A stretch of 64,000 nt of DNA from an uncultured Planctomycetales bacterium (GCA_964468745.1 CAYXVY010000140.1:5945-69944); one strand, 5' to 3'. Numbered from the stretch's first letter, positions 46,505-55,938 are shown. Notes: generated from the sequence alone by a model not told the origin. Numbers and translations: made by a program.

Positions 46505-47335
46505 TCAGAGTTCGCTCTTCACGGCGTCGATCATGTCCGCGAGGGTGGCGCGCAGATCGTGCCGAGGACGCCAGCCGGTCGCCCGGCGCAGCCGGGTCGC
46601 ATCCCCCACCTGGACGTCCGCCGGCCGCAGACGACGGGGATCCTGGACGACCCGCACGCTCCTGCCGGAGAGCCGGATGAGCGTGTCGAGAAGGTCGCCG
46701 ATCCTCCAGCCGCGCCCGGAGGCGATGTTATACGTTTCGCCCCGCCGGCCGCGCTCGATGAGCAGCCGGTAGGCGGCAACGACGTCGCGCACGTCGAGGA
46801 AATCGCGAACCGAGTCGAGCTGGCCGACGCGCACGACGGGCCCGGTCACGACCTGCCGGGCGAACGACCCACACACGAACGATTCCTTCTGGCCCGGGCC
46901 GGTGTGGTTGAAGGGACGCGCGATCACCACATCGAGACGATCCTGGGCGCGCGCGACCGCCTCCGCCATCACCTTGCTCCACGCGTACGGATTGCGAGGG
47001 TCGAGGGGATCCGTCTCGCGGATCGGGCGGCCGACGAGCCGGTAGATCTCGGCCGAGCTCACGATGAGGACGCGTCCGCCGAACCCCTCGAGCGCCTCCA
47101 GAAGACGCGCCGTGCCGAGCGTGTTGATCTCGAACGTCTCGTCCGGACTCAGGCGCGACTGACCGGGGTGCGACTTTGCGGCCAGATGGAAGACAGCGTC
47201 GCCCCGGAAGCCGCGCGCCCTGCGCGGATCGCGGATATCGCCCTGAAGGAGGGTGACGCGCGAGCCCGCCTCGCGCAAGGCCGCGACGAGATGGCGTCCC
47301 ACGAAGCCGTTGCCCCCCGTCACCAGCGCATGCAT
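46505..47335 (-). CDS. NAD(P)-dependent epimerase/dehydratase-family reductase, short form (Rmd-like GDP-4-keto-6-deoxy-D-mannose reductase candidate)
   Basis: MHALVTGGNGFVGRHL (Rossmann GxxGxxG), YAWSK (YxxxK), 276 aa. Divergent from fcl and next to gmd. Confidence 0.55.
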   Translation of the reverse strand: MHALVTGGNGFVGRHLVAALREAGSRVTLLQGDIRDPRRARGFRGDAVFHLAAKSHPGQSRLSPDETFEINTLGTARLLEALEGFGGRVLIVSSAEIYRLVGRPIRETDPLDPRNPYAWSKVMAEAVARAQDRLDVVIARPFNHTGPGQKESFVCGSFARQVVTGPVVRVGQLDSVRDFLDVRDVVAAYRLLIERGRRGETYNIASGRGWRIGDLLDTLIRLSGRSVRVVQDPRRLRPADVQVGDATRLRRATGWRPRHDLRATLADMIDAVKSEL

Positions 47336-47414
47336 GCGAAGCGGAACTGTAGCACACGCGGGCCGACAGTGTTCGCTTCAACCCGTGCACCTCGCGGGAT
47401 AGACTGACTGCCCC

Positions 47415-48395
47415 ATGGCCGAGATTCTGAAATTCGATGCGCGCATCTTCGTAACGGGACACTTGGGTCTCGTCGGCTCCGCCATCCTGCGCCGGCTGCA
47501 GCGCGAGGGGTTTTCGAATCTCCTGACCGCCACGCGGAAGGAGCTCGATCTTCGTGATCAGCACGCAACCGAGACATGGTTCCGCAAGAACCGTCCGGAG
47601 TACGTCTTCCTCGTCGCCGGAACGGTCGGCGGCATTCACGCGAACTCGACGCGCCCCGCGACCTTCCTTTATGACAATCTGATGATTCACGCGACCGTCG
47701 TGCACGCCGCGCACCTGACGGACGTGAAAAAGCTCCTCTATCTCGGCAGCTCGTGCATCTATCCGCGCAACGCGCCGCAGCCGATGCGCGAGGAGTATCT
47801 TCTGACCGGCCCCCTCGAGCCGACGAACGAGGGGTATGCCGTGGCCAAGATCGCCGGCATCAAGATGTGCCAGTTCTACCGCCAGCAGTACGGCCGCAAC
47901 TTCATCTCCGCGATGCCGACGAACGTCTACGGACAGTTCGACAACTTCGACCTGCAGGACGCCCACGTCCTGCCCGCGCTGATCCGCAAGTTTCACGAGG
48001 CCGCGCGCGACACGTCGGGCCAGGTGACGATCTGGGGGTCCGGAACGCCGCGCCGCGAGTTCCTGCATGCCGATGACCTCGCCGAGGCATGCCTCTTTCT
48101 CATGCGCACGTATGAAGACGCCTCCCACGTGAACGTGGGGACCGGGATCGATCTGACAATCCGCGAGCTGGCGGAGACAATCCGTCGCATCGTGTCGCCG
48201 AACGTAAAGCTGGTCTTCGACAGCACCAAGCCCGACGGCATGCCGCGCAAGCTGCTCGACGTCGGCCGCCTGCAAAAACTCGGATGGAGCGCGCGCATCG
48301 GGCTCGAGGACGGCGTCCGCGACACGTACGCGTGGTTCGCAAAGAACTACGACGCGGCGGTGGCGCGCCGGCGATCGCACGCCGCCGTTCCGTAG
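47415..48395 (+). CDS. fcl: GDP-L-fucose synthase (GDP-4-keto-6-deoxy-D-mannose 3,5-epimerase/4-reductase)
   Basis: IFVTGHLGLVGSAILRRL, YAVAKIAG, LTGPLEPTNEGYAVAK, and the overall WcaG/Fcl pattern, ~326 aa. TAGACT -10 sits 9 nt upstream of the ATG. Confidence 0.85.
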   Translation: MAEILKFDARIFVTGHLGLVGSAILRRLQREGFSNLLTATRKELDLRDQHATETWFRKNRPEYVFLVAGTVGGIHANSTRPATFLYDNLMIHATVVHAAHLTDVKKLLYLGSSCIYPRNAPQPMREEYLLTGPLEPTNEGYAVAKIAGIKMCQFYRQQYGRNFISAMPTNVYGQFDNFDLQDAHVLPALIRKFHEAARDTSGQVTIWGSGTPRREFLHADDLAEACLFLMRTYEDASHVNVGTGIDLTIRELAETIRRIVSPNVKLVFDSTKPDGMPRKLLDVGRLQKLGWSARIGLEDGVRDTYAWFAKNYDAAVARRRSHAAVP

Positions 48396-48430
48396 CGGAA
48401 CTCGCGCGCGGGTGTTAGACTTCGCCCCTC

Positions 48431-49396
48431 GTGAAACGGGCGCTGATCACCGGCATCACCGGTCAGGACGGGTCGCACCTCGCCGACCTTCTCCTCGAGA
48501 AGGGGTACGAAGTGCACGGCATGGTGCGCCGCTCCAGCACGGAGAACTTCGAGCGCATCGCGCATCTCACGCACCGGGTGACGCTGCACCAGGCCGACCT
48601 TCTCGACCAGCTCTCGATCATCGACATGATCCAGACTGTCCGGCCGAAGGAGGTGTACAACCTCGCCGCGCAGTCGTTCGTTCCGATCTCGTGGGTCCAG
48701 CCGGTCCTCACCGCCGAGTACACGGCGCTGGGCGCCACCCGGGTCCTCGAGGCAATCCGTCTGGTCGATCCCAAGATCCGCTTTTACCAGGCGTCGTCGA
48801 GCGAGATGTTCGGGAAAGTCCTCGAGACCCCGCAGAAGGAGTCGACGCCGTTCTATCCGCGCAGCCCGTACGGCGTCGCCAAGTGCTACGCGCACTTCCT
48901 CACGGTGAACTACCGCGAGAGCTACAACCTGTTCGCGTGTTCGGGAATCCTGTTCAACCACGAAGGTCCGCGGCGCGGCCGCGAGTTCGTCACCCGGAAG
49001 ATCACACACGCGGTCGCCGAAATCAAGCTGGGCCGCCGCAAGAACCTGGCGCTCGGAAACCTCGATGCGCGCCGCGACTGGGGATTCGCGGGGGACTACG
49101 TCCGCGCCATGTGGCTGATGCTCCAGCTGAAGAAGCCCGACGATTTCGTCATCGCCACGGGACGGTCCCACACCGTCCGCGAGTTCTGCGACATCGCCTT
49201 TGCGCACGCCGGGCTCGACTGGCGGAAGCACGTCGTCGTGGACCGCAAGCTCTACCGTCCCGCGGAGGTGCACACGCTCTGCGGCGACGCGTCCAAGGCG
49301 CGACGCAAGCTGGGCTGGAAGCCAGCGGTGGGGTTCGAAGCGCTCGTGCACATGATGGTGGACGCGGATCTCGAGAGGCTGGGCCGCACGTCCTGA
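48431..49396 (+). CDS. gmd: GDP-mannose 4,6-dehydratase
   Basis: [33 protein letters not shown]...[37 protein letters not shown] is the Gmd signature. GTG start. Confidence 0.9.
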   Translation: MKRALITGITGQDGSHLADLLLEKGYEVHGMVRRSSTENFERIAHLTHRVTLHQADLLDQLSIIDMIQTVRPKEVYNLAAQSFVPISWVQPVLTAEYTALGATRVLEAIRLVDPKIRFYQASSSEMFGKVLETPQKESTPFYPRSPYGVAKCYAHFLTVNYRESYNLFACSGILFNHEGPRRGREFVTRKITHAVAEIKLGRRKNLALGNLDARRDWGFAGDYVRAMWLMLQLKKPDDFVIATGRSHTVREFCDIAFAHAGLDWRKHVVVDRKLYRPAEVHTLCGDASKARRKLGWKPAVGFEALVHMMVDADLERLGRTS

Positions 49397-50314
49397 TCAC
49401 GGGGCGGACGGCGTCCCGGAGAACGATCGCCGCAGGCCGAGGGCGGCGAGCACGCGTCGCGACGCGCGCAGAAAGCTGCTGCGGACGAGCTCCAGCGCGC
49501 GCAGCGCGAGGTGCGCTACGGCGTGGAACATGTGGCGCGGCGGGCAGTAGCGCACGAAGGCGGCCACGACGGGCCGCCAGTAGTAGGGGGAGCGCTTGTG
49601 AAAGAGGAGGTCGTAGAGCCGGCGCACGTTTGTCGAGCTGGTCGTGTCGTTCCACACGACGGCATCGAGATTCACGCACGCGTCGTATCCATGCTTGCGC
49701 GCGCGCAGGACGAGCTCGGAATCGGCGTGGTACTGGGGGAAGTTGACGGCGTCGTACACTCCGATGCGACGGTAGCAGCGCGCCGGAACGAGCGTGCCGC
49801 ACCCGGTGAGGATGTCCGTCGGAACCTCGCGGGCCGGGGAGGGCGCGGCGCCGTCGGAATGGGGCGTGGCGCGCATCTGGAAGATGTTTCCGTTGCGCCA
49901 GTCCATCCGGCCGCCGATCGTCCAGATCTGCTCCGGGTCGTCCATATAGTGGATACGGCTCCCCACGATCGTGCGGCTGCGGCGCTCGGCCGTACCAACG
50001 AGGTGATCGAGGAAGTCGGGGCGCACGACGGAATCGTTGTTGATGGTCAGCACGTAGTCGAATCCGTTGCGAAGGGCGAAACGGACGCCGACGTTGGTGC
50101 CGCCGGCCCACCAGAGGTTGCCGCTCCCCGGAAGCACGGTTGCCTCCGGGAACTCCTTTCCCAGGATCTCGCGGGTGCCGTCGCTGGAGCGGTCGTCGAC
50201 GATCACGATCCGGTAGTTGGAATAGCGAACGTTGCGGAACGATTCGAGGAAGCGCCGCGTCAGCCGGATCTTGTTGAAGACAGGGACGACGACGGCCACC
50301 GTGGGGGCGCTCAT
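49397..50314 (-). CDS. Glycosyltransferase family 2
   Basis: Starts at the internal Met (MSAPTVAVVVPVFNKIRLTRRFLESF...IVIVDDRSSDGT), whose ATG 50314 overlaps the upstream stop (ATGA). The longer track ORF N-terminus is junk. Confidence 0.75.
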   Translation of the reverse strand: MSAPTVAVVVPVFNKIRLTRRFLESFRNVRYSNYRIVIVDDRSSDGTREILGKEFPEATVLPGSGNLWWAGGTNVGVRFALRNGFDYVLTINNDSVVRPDFLDHLVGTAERRSRTIVGSRIHYMDDPEQIWTIGGRMDWRNGNIFQMRATPHSDGAAPSPAREVPTDILTGCGTLVPARCYRRIGVYDAVNFPQYHADSELVLRARKHGYDACVNLDAVVWNDTTSSTNVRRLYDLLFHKRSPYYWRPVVAAFVRYCPPRHMFHAVAHLALRALELVRSSFLRASRRVLAALGLRRSFSGTPSAP

Positions 50315-51639
50315 GGCGACGCTCCGCCGGCGGGCGGCACCAGGCTCAGGGCCGTGCGCAGGAAGTCCTCGCAGGATTCCTGCCAGGTGCACTGCCGGAA
50401 GGACGCGCCGCTGCCACGCTCCGCGGCTGGCGCCAAGAGCAAGTCGGCCAGCGTGGACGCCGAATCGAGCGGGAAATACGTGCACGCCTCGCCCCCCACC
50501 TCGCGATGCACGGGCGTGTCGCTCGCGAGGACGCGCAGTCCGCGTCCCAGCGCCTCGGCGATCGGGAGTCCGTACCCTTCATGCGTGGACGGGAAGACGA
50601 GCCCGCGGGCATTCCCGTACGCGTAGGTCAGCTCGTCGTCGGTCGCATCGTTGATCATGAACAACCGGTGGCCCAGCTCGCCGTGTCGCTGGATGCGATC
50701 CACGGTTTTCTGCGACAGCGGGTTGATCCGTCCCAGGATGCACAGTCGCGCGTCGCCGCCCTGCTTCCAGAGGGCGTCGAACGCGTCGAGAAGAAAGGCG
50801 TGATTCTTCCTCGGCTCGATGCTGCCGACGGCGATCCAAGGCTGCGGCGAGCTCTCGAAGACTTGGCGCAAGTCGGCACGGACGGCGGACGCCGACGCCG
50901 GATCCGCACGATCGAGGGTCGCGGCGAGTCGAAAGGCCTCGGCGCGGAGCGGCCTCGCGTCTCCCTGCGACTGCTCGCGGAGCCAGGCCCGAAGGTCGTC
51001 GCGCGTCCAGCGCGAGATCGTCAGGCAGAAATCGACGTTCGGCATGACGGCGTCGAACCACTGGCGGTAGTCGGCGACGATGCCGGCGGGCAGCAGTTCC
51101 GGGGCGCGCAGCGGGATGAGATCGTAGAGGACGCATCCGACTGTCGCGCGCGAGGCGCGTAACGTGTCGAAGACGCTGTCGAAGGGGAGGTGCCACGAAA
51201 TGTCGGCGAGAATGACGATGTCCTGCTGCGTCAGCACGAGCGTCGACTCGCGGTCCCCCGACCGGCTTCGCGTTTCGGCGCGCTTCAACGTGCGGATGAC
51301 GGATCGCGCGACCCCGGAGGGCAGGACGGCGCGCAGCGTTCGTCCCGCGATCTCGCGCAGCCGCTGGCGCTTCGAGAGCGAGGGGGACGAAAGCGAAAGT
51401 CCGTCGATCGCGTGAAACGCGCCGTCGGAGAAGACGACGGGGCGGCAGTCGATCCCGAGCGAGCGGCCCACCTCGACGCAGTTGTTCGCGAGGCCGCGCA
51501 TGACGCGCTGCACGCCCGTGTTCAATCCTGACGTGAAGCTGGCCGTGCACTCGATGAGGACGCGCCGCACGGACGGGGTCGCACCGGGGCGGAGCTGCAT
51601 GGGCAGTCGCTTATACACCGAGACTCGCCGCGGGGACAA
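50311..51639 (-). CDS. Glycosyltransferase family 4 (WbdA/mannosyltransferase-like, with an N-terminal ...TG.QRV... domain)
   Basis: N-terminus VLIECTASFTSGLNTGVQRVMRGLANN. C-terminus VFPSTHEGYGLPIAEALGRGLRVLASD. Confidence 0.8.
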   Translation of the reverse strand: MSPRRVSVYKRLPMQLRPGATPSVRRVLIECTASFTSGLNTGVQRVMRGLANNCVEVGRSLGIDCRPVVFSDGAFHAIDGLSLSSPSLSKRQRLREIAGRTLRAVLPSGVARSVIRTLKRAETRSRSGDRESTLVLTQQDIVILADISWHLPFDSVFDTLRASRATVGCVLYDLIPLRAPELLPAGIVADYRQWFDAVMPNVDFCLTISRWTRDDLRAWLREQSQGDARPLRAEAFRLAATLDRADPASASAVRADLRQVFESSPQPWIAVGSIEPRKNHAFLLDAFDALWKQGGDARLCILGRINPLSQKTVDRIQRHGELGHRLFMINDATDDELTYAYGNARGLVFPSTHEGYGLPIAEALGRGLRVLASDTPVHREVGGEACTYFPLDSASTLADLLLAPAAERGSGASFRQCTWQESCEDFLRTALSLVPPAGGASP

Positions 51640-51719
51640 GTCGGGGCGGGTCGCGCGGAAGCCGCCGGTCGGAAGTCTTGCCGCACGTCCGTCGCGTCCC
51701 TATAATCGCCCCCGACGAC

Positions 51720-52073
51720 ATGCCCACATACGACTACGGGTGTGCCGCGTGCGGGCACGTCTTCGAGGTGTTTGAGAAGATCAACGATGGAGGAACGAAG
51801 GCCTGTCTGAAGTGCGGCAAGAGGCGCGCCAAGCGGCGCATCGGCGCCGGCGCGGGCGTGATCTTCAAGGGAAGCGGCTTCTACGCCACCGACTCCAAGG
51901 AGTCCTCGAAGGCCCCCTCCACCGGCGGGGACAAGAAGAAGACGACGCGAAAGACGACCGAGACCAAGACCGAAACAAAGACCGAGACTAAGCCCGAGAC
52001 GAAGACCGAGGCCAAGTCCGAGGCAAAGACCGAGTCGAAACCCGAGAAAACAGAAAAGACGGAGAAACGATGA
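51720..52073 (+). CDS. FmdB-family zinc-ribbon protein with Lys/Thr/Glu-rich repetitive C-terminal tail
   Basis: MPTYDYGCAACGHVFEV...CLKCG (CxxC...CxxC), then KKKTTRKTTETKTETKTETKPETKTEAKSEAKTESKPEKTEKTEKR. TATAAT at 51701-51706 sits 13 nt upstream of the ATG (CCCTATAATCGCCCCC module) with TTGCCG -35. Confidence 0.6.
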   Translation: MPTYDYGCAACGHVFEVFEKINDGGTKACLKCGKRRAKRRIGAGAGVIFKGSGFYATDSKESSKAPSTGGDKKKTTRKTTETKTETKTETKPETKTEAKSEAKTESKPEKTEKTEKR

Positions 52074-53503
52074 GAGACCTGAAAGGGGACTGGCGCGATC
52101 TCTTCAATGGGTTCATGCTGGCGCTCGACCTGCGCAAGATGTTCCTAGGACTTTGCGCGATCCTCTTCACCGTTTTCGGCCCGCTCGGGTTTACATGCTG
52201 GATCGCCAACAAGATCGACGCCGGCGCCGTGAACGCCCCGCAGACGTTCGTCCTCGGCGAGATCTGGGGGACGATTTGCCAGTCGTGGCACGTCATCTAC
52301 AGCGGCACGTCCGGTCATCCCGCGGACTGGAAGCTCTACATCCCCTATAGCCTCCTGTTTGTCACGTCGGTGCTTGCGATCTGGGCCTATTTCGGCGGCG
52401 CGATCGCGCGCAACGCGGCGTACGAGATCGGACGCGACGGCGAGCGCATCGAGACGGCCCGCGCGCTCGGATTCGCCGGTAAGAAGTTCTGGTCCTTCTT
52501 CATGTCGCCGTGGATCTGCGTCATCGGCGCCCTCTTCTTCTTCCTCTGCAACTTCGCGGGGGGCGCGCTCGGCCGGGTCCTGGACCTGGCGTGGATCGGC
52601 GGTCCCATCGTGGCGCTGCTCCTGCCGCTGGCGCTCCTCTCCGGATTCATCATGACGCTCATCTCCGTGGGCACCGTCGCGGGATTCCCGCTCTTCGCCC
52701 CCGCGGTGGCGGCCGAGGGAACCGACGCGTTCGACGCCGTGAGCCGCGGCTTCAGCTACGTGTACTCGCGGCCGTGGCACTATCTGTGGTACCAGGTCGC
52801 GGGGTCGCTGTACGGAGTCGTCTGCTCATCGTTCGTCATCCTCTTCGCGATCCTGATGTGCCATTTCGGACTGCAGGCGGGGGCGGCGGGCTTCGACACC
52901 TTTGCCGTCGAGGAAACGCCCCAAGCTCCGGCGAGTCCGGCGGACAACGCGACGCCGGCGGAGCGCGACAAGTTCAAGCAGGCGATGGACGCCTGGCACA
53001 AGCGCCGCATCGAGCAGCCAAAGGACTTCGAGGAGAAGAACGACCGGTTCCAGGACATCGCGAACACGGCGTGGGCGAAGATCCTCAGTCGCGAACACGC
53101 CACGCAGCAGTACGGATGGTGCCCGTCGGATCTTGCGAACAATCTCGACCCGTACGGCCGCCTGATGAACCTCGCGAATTGCATCGTGAAGCCGAACCAC
53201 ATGATGCACGTGGACGCGCTCAACACGAAATTCCACAAGGTCGCGGCGTGGCTCGTCATGGCGTGGCTCGTGATCACGCTCGGGCTCGCGCTGGGCTACA
53301 TCCCCAGCTACGTGATCTCCCACCAGACGATCATCTACTTCCTGCTGCGCAAGAAGGTGGACGGGATCGAGATGAACGAAGTCTACGAGGAGCCGGAGGA
53401 GGGCCGGGGCGGAGAGCCCGTTGCCGCGTCCGACAAGCCCGCGCCGCCGCCCGCAGCCGACGCGAAACCGGCGCCGCCGCCGGAGCAGAAACCGCCTGCG
53501 TAG
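52070..53503 (+). CDS. Hypothetical integral membrane protein (translationally coupled to the FmdB-like gene)
   Basis: 477 aa with several TM helices and a Pro/Ala/Lys-rich C-terminus. ATGA overlap with the upstream stop. Confidence 0.5.
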   Translation: MRDLKGDWRDLFNGFMLALDLRKMFLGLCAILFTVFGPLGFTCWIANKIDAGAVNAPQTFVLGEIWGTICQSWHVIYSGTSGHPADWKLYIPYSLLFVTSVLAIWAYFGGAIARNAAYEIGRDGERIETARALGFAGKKFWSFFMSPWICVIGALFFFLCNFAGGALGRVLDLAWIGGPIVALLLPLALLSGFIMTLISVGTVAGFPLFAPAVAAEGTDAFDAVSRGFSYVYSRPWHYLWYQVAGSLYGVVCSSFVILFAILMCHFGLQAGAAGFDTFAVEETPQAPASPADNATPAERDKFKQAMDAWHKRRIEQPKDFEEKNDRFQDIANTAWAKILSREHATQQYGWCPSDLANNLDPYGRLMNLANCIVKPNHMMHVDALNTKFHKVAAWLVMAWLVITLGLALGYIPSYVISHQTIIYFLLRKKVDGIEMNEVYEEPEEGRGGEPVAASDKPAPPPAADAKPAPPPEQKPPA

Positions 53504-53765
53504 TCCCTGGTCCCTGGTAGTTGGTTCTTAGTCGCGTTGCGCGCGACCCGCTCGCGTCCACAGAGACCGAGGCGCACGTACGACTCCGTGCACATTTCCG
53601 ACGATCGAAGTGCGATGCGGTCGTGAGGGTCGGTCGTCATACGCGTAGCCGGGGGACAGGACGATGGAAGCAACCATCGATCGCGCTCTCGGTACCTTCG
53701 TCGAGGCCGCCCGCAGCTTCGCCAGCAAACGTGCGAAAGCGTCGCGTCGATCCTAGAATGCGCCC

Positions 53766-55025
53766 GTGCACTGGCTCACTTTTCTCAAGGTGACCGTCGT
53801 TTTCATCGCGGTCGTCTATGCGATGAAGAAGAAGGTCCCGATGGGCCTCGCCCTGTCGGGGGGCGGACTCGCGATCGCGCTTCTGATGGGCTTCGGCCCT
53901 CGCTGGATCCTCGACCAGCTCGCCGGAGGGGACGCGATCCTCTTCTCGACGCACACCTGCGAGTTCGTGGCCGTGATGGGCCTGACCGTGTCGCTCTCGT
54001 TCGTTCTCGAGCGGTCACGGCAGATCGAACGGCTCACCAACGCGTTCCGCACGAGCTTCTCGAATCCGCGCGTGACGCTGGCGACGCTCCCCGCGATCAT
54101 CGGGCTGCTGCCGATGCCCGGCGGCGCGCTCTTCTCCGCGCCGATGGTCGAGGCGGCGGCGACCGGCACCGGCCTCGACGGCGAGGAAAAGGCCCTCATC
54201 AATTACTGGTACCGCCACGTCTGGGAGTACGCGTGGCCGCTCTACCCCGGCATCATTTACTCCGCGCAGCTCATGCACCGCGAGATGCGCGAGGTCGCGC
54301 TCGCCCAGTTTCCACTGTGCATCGTGGCGATCGTCGGCGGTTTCCTATTCCTGCGTCGCGCCACCGCTCCTCCCGTCCCTCGCGAAAGCGCCCCGCGCCG
54401 TCAGGCGGCGCTCGACATCTTCATCGCGCTTCTCCCGTTCGCGATCATCACCGTCACGCACCTCGTCGCGAAGCTGAACATCGTCGCCTCCGTCGGCCTG
54501 GGATTCGGTGTCGCGAGCCTCTGGCTTCTCGGCACGCGCGCGATCGGATTTCGCACGCTCCTCAAGACCGTCTTCGCGAACTGGGGCGTGCTCGAGATGA
54601 TGCTCATGGGGTACGGCGCGAAGATCTTCGGCGACCTCATGATGCGCGCGGGGGCGATCGACGGCATCTCGGCGCTGCTGCAATCGATGAACCTGCCCGT
54701 CATCCTGCTCGCGATCGCGCTCCCGTATGCCGTCGGCTTCTTCGCGGGGATGACAATCGTCTACGTCATGACGGCGCTGCCGGTGCTGCTCACCTTCCCG
54801 GAGGTCTCCGCGAATCCGCTGCCGTTCTTCGTCCTCGCGTTCGCGGCCGGGTACTGCGGCACGCTGATGTCCCCCATCCACGCGTGCCTTGTGCTCTCGG
54901 CGAAGTACTTCAAGAGCGACCTGCTGCGGCCGATCTATCGCATGGCGCTGCCGTGCCTGGCGCTCGTCCTCACCGGCCTCGCGCTCTTCTTCGTCTACCG
55001 GCGATTCCCCATTACCCTTTCGTAG
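53766..55025 (+). CDS. Polytopic membrane protein (DUF401-like putative permease)
   Basis: 419 aa, ~10-12 TM. GTG start 6 nt after a TAGAAT -10 (53754-53759). Confidence 0.45.
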   Translation: MHWLTFLKVTVVFIAVVYAMKKKVPMGLALSGGGLAIALLMGFGPRWILDQLAGGDAILFSTHTCEFVAVMGLTVSLSFVLERSRQIERLTNAFRTSFSNPRVTLATLPAIIGLLPMPGGALFSAPMVEAAATGTGLDGEEKALINYWYRHVWEYAWPLYPGIIYSAQLMHREMREVALAQFPLCIVAIVGGFLFLRRATAPPVPRESAPRRQAALDIFIALLPFAIITVTHLVAKLNIVASVGLGFGVASLWLLGTRAIGFRTLLKTVFANWGVLEMMLMGYGAKIFGDLMMRAGAIDGISALLQSMNLPVILLAIALPYAVGFFAGMTIVYVMTALPVLLTFPEVSANPLPFFVLAFAAGYCGTLMSPIHACLVLSAKYFKSDLLRPIYRMALPCLALVLTGLALFFVYRRFPITLS

Positions 55026-55938
55026 CGAAGAAGATGTCTTCCTTCCACGTCGCGATCGTGTTGTCCTTGTTCACCTGTTTCGCGCGCAGAACGTTGAGCC
55101 GCCATGCCCCCGCATAGTCCTTGAACGCACTCGCCGCATACCGATCCTTCAGCGACTTCGGAAACGCGTCGGTCGCCACAGTGACGTTCGATGCCCCATG
55201 CGGCTTCGCCACGTTGATGCGCTTCAGGCTGTCGTTCGACGACTCGAAATCGAAGTCCGTCTTCGTAAACACGTAGAGGTTCACGTCGAACACGCCCTGC
55301 CGCGACGAGAAGCGCAGCGGGTAGTACGGCTTGTCGCTCTTGAACGAGAGGTGCAGCGGGGGCACGCCGCTCGCCTTCTCGACCGCCTTCTGTCCCTGCT
55401 CCGGCACGATCTTCATGCAGAGGAAGGTGAACTTCTTGTCGACGAAGTACGCCATATGATTTTCATCTTCCGTCGGGAAGCCGTTCTTCTTGAGCCATTC
55501 GTTGAGGCCGGCGAGCGCCTCGCGGCCGAGTGCGCGCACCGGCTGGATCTCGTATGGCCCGACTTTTACGGCCTTGCCGAATTCGAGGCCTTCCCCGAGA
55601 TCGCCTTTCGCGGGACCGCGTCCTTTCAAGTCGGGCGGATTGACCTGCGATTCGGCCCACGAGAAGACCTCCTCGAAGAGCTTCGCGTCGCCCACGGCGT
55701 ACGCGTCCGGCTCGTTCGGAACCGTCACGATCCACGCGAAGCGGTCCGGCATCTTGTCGCCGGTGATCTGGTAATTGATTTTCAATATTAGTTCCTCGCG
55801 GCCGTCGGCGTGGAACATCACCGCTTCCTGCGCCGACTGGCTGATCGTCCCCTTGTAGTCCGCCGGCACCATGCAGCACGGTTCGGCGACGGCGCCCGCG
55901 ACGAGAAGAAGAACGACGAATGCGACGGTAGTTTTCAT
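55012..55938 (-). CDS. Secreted hypothetical protein (signal peptide)
   Basis: MKTTVAFVVLLLVAGAVAEP signal peptide. No recognisable motifs. Confidence 0.5.
   Translation of the reverse strand: MKTTVAFVVLLLVAGAVAEPCCMVPADYKGTISQSAQEAVMFHADGREELILKINYQITGDKMPDRFAWIVTVPNEPDAYAVGDAKLFEEVFSWAESQVNPPDLKGRGPAKGDLGEGLEFGKAVKVGPYEIQPVRALGREALAGLNEWLKKNGFPTEDENHMAYFVDKKFTFLCMKIVPEQGQKAVEKASGVPPLHLSFKSDKPYYPLRFSSRQGVFDVNLYVFTKTDFDFESSNDSLKRINVAKPHGASNVTVATDAFPKSLKDRYAASAFKDYAGAWRLNVLRAKQVNKDNTIATWKEDIFFATKG

Noticed and set aside
53504-53765. 260-bp intergenic region upstream of the DUF401-like gene as a possible riboswitch or sRNA
   Set aside because: Apart from a gtccctg direct dinucleotide-scale repeat and the TAGAAT -10 adjacent to the GTG start (leaderless), no conserved riboswitch-like motifs or stable extended structure were recognisable by eye.
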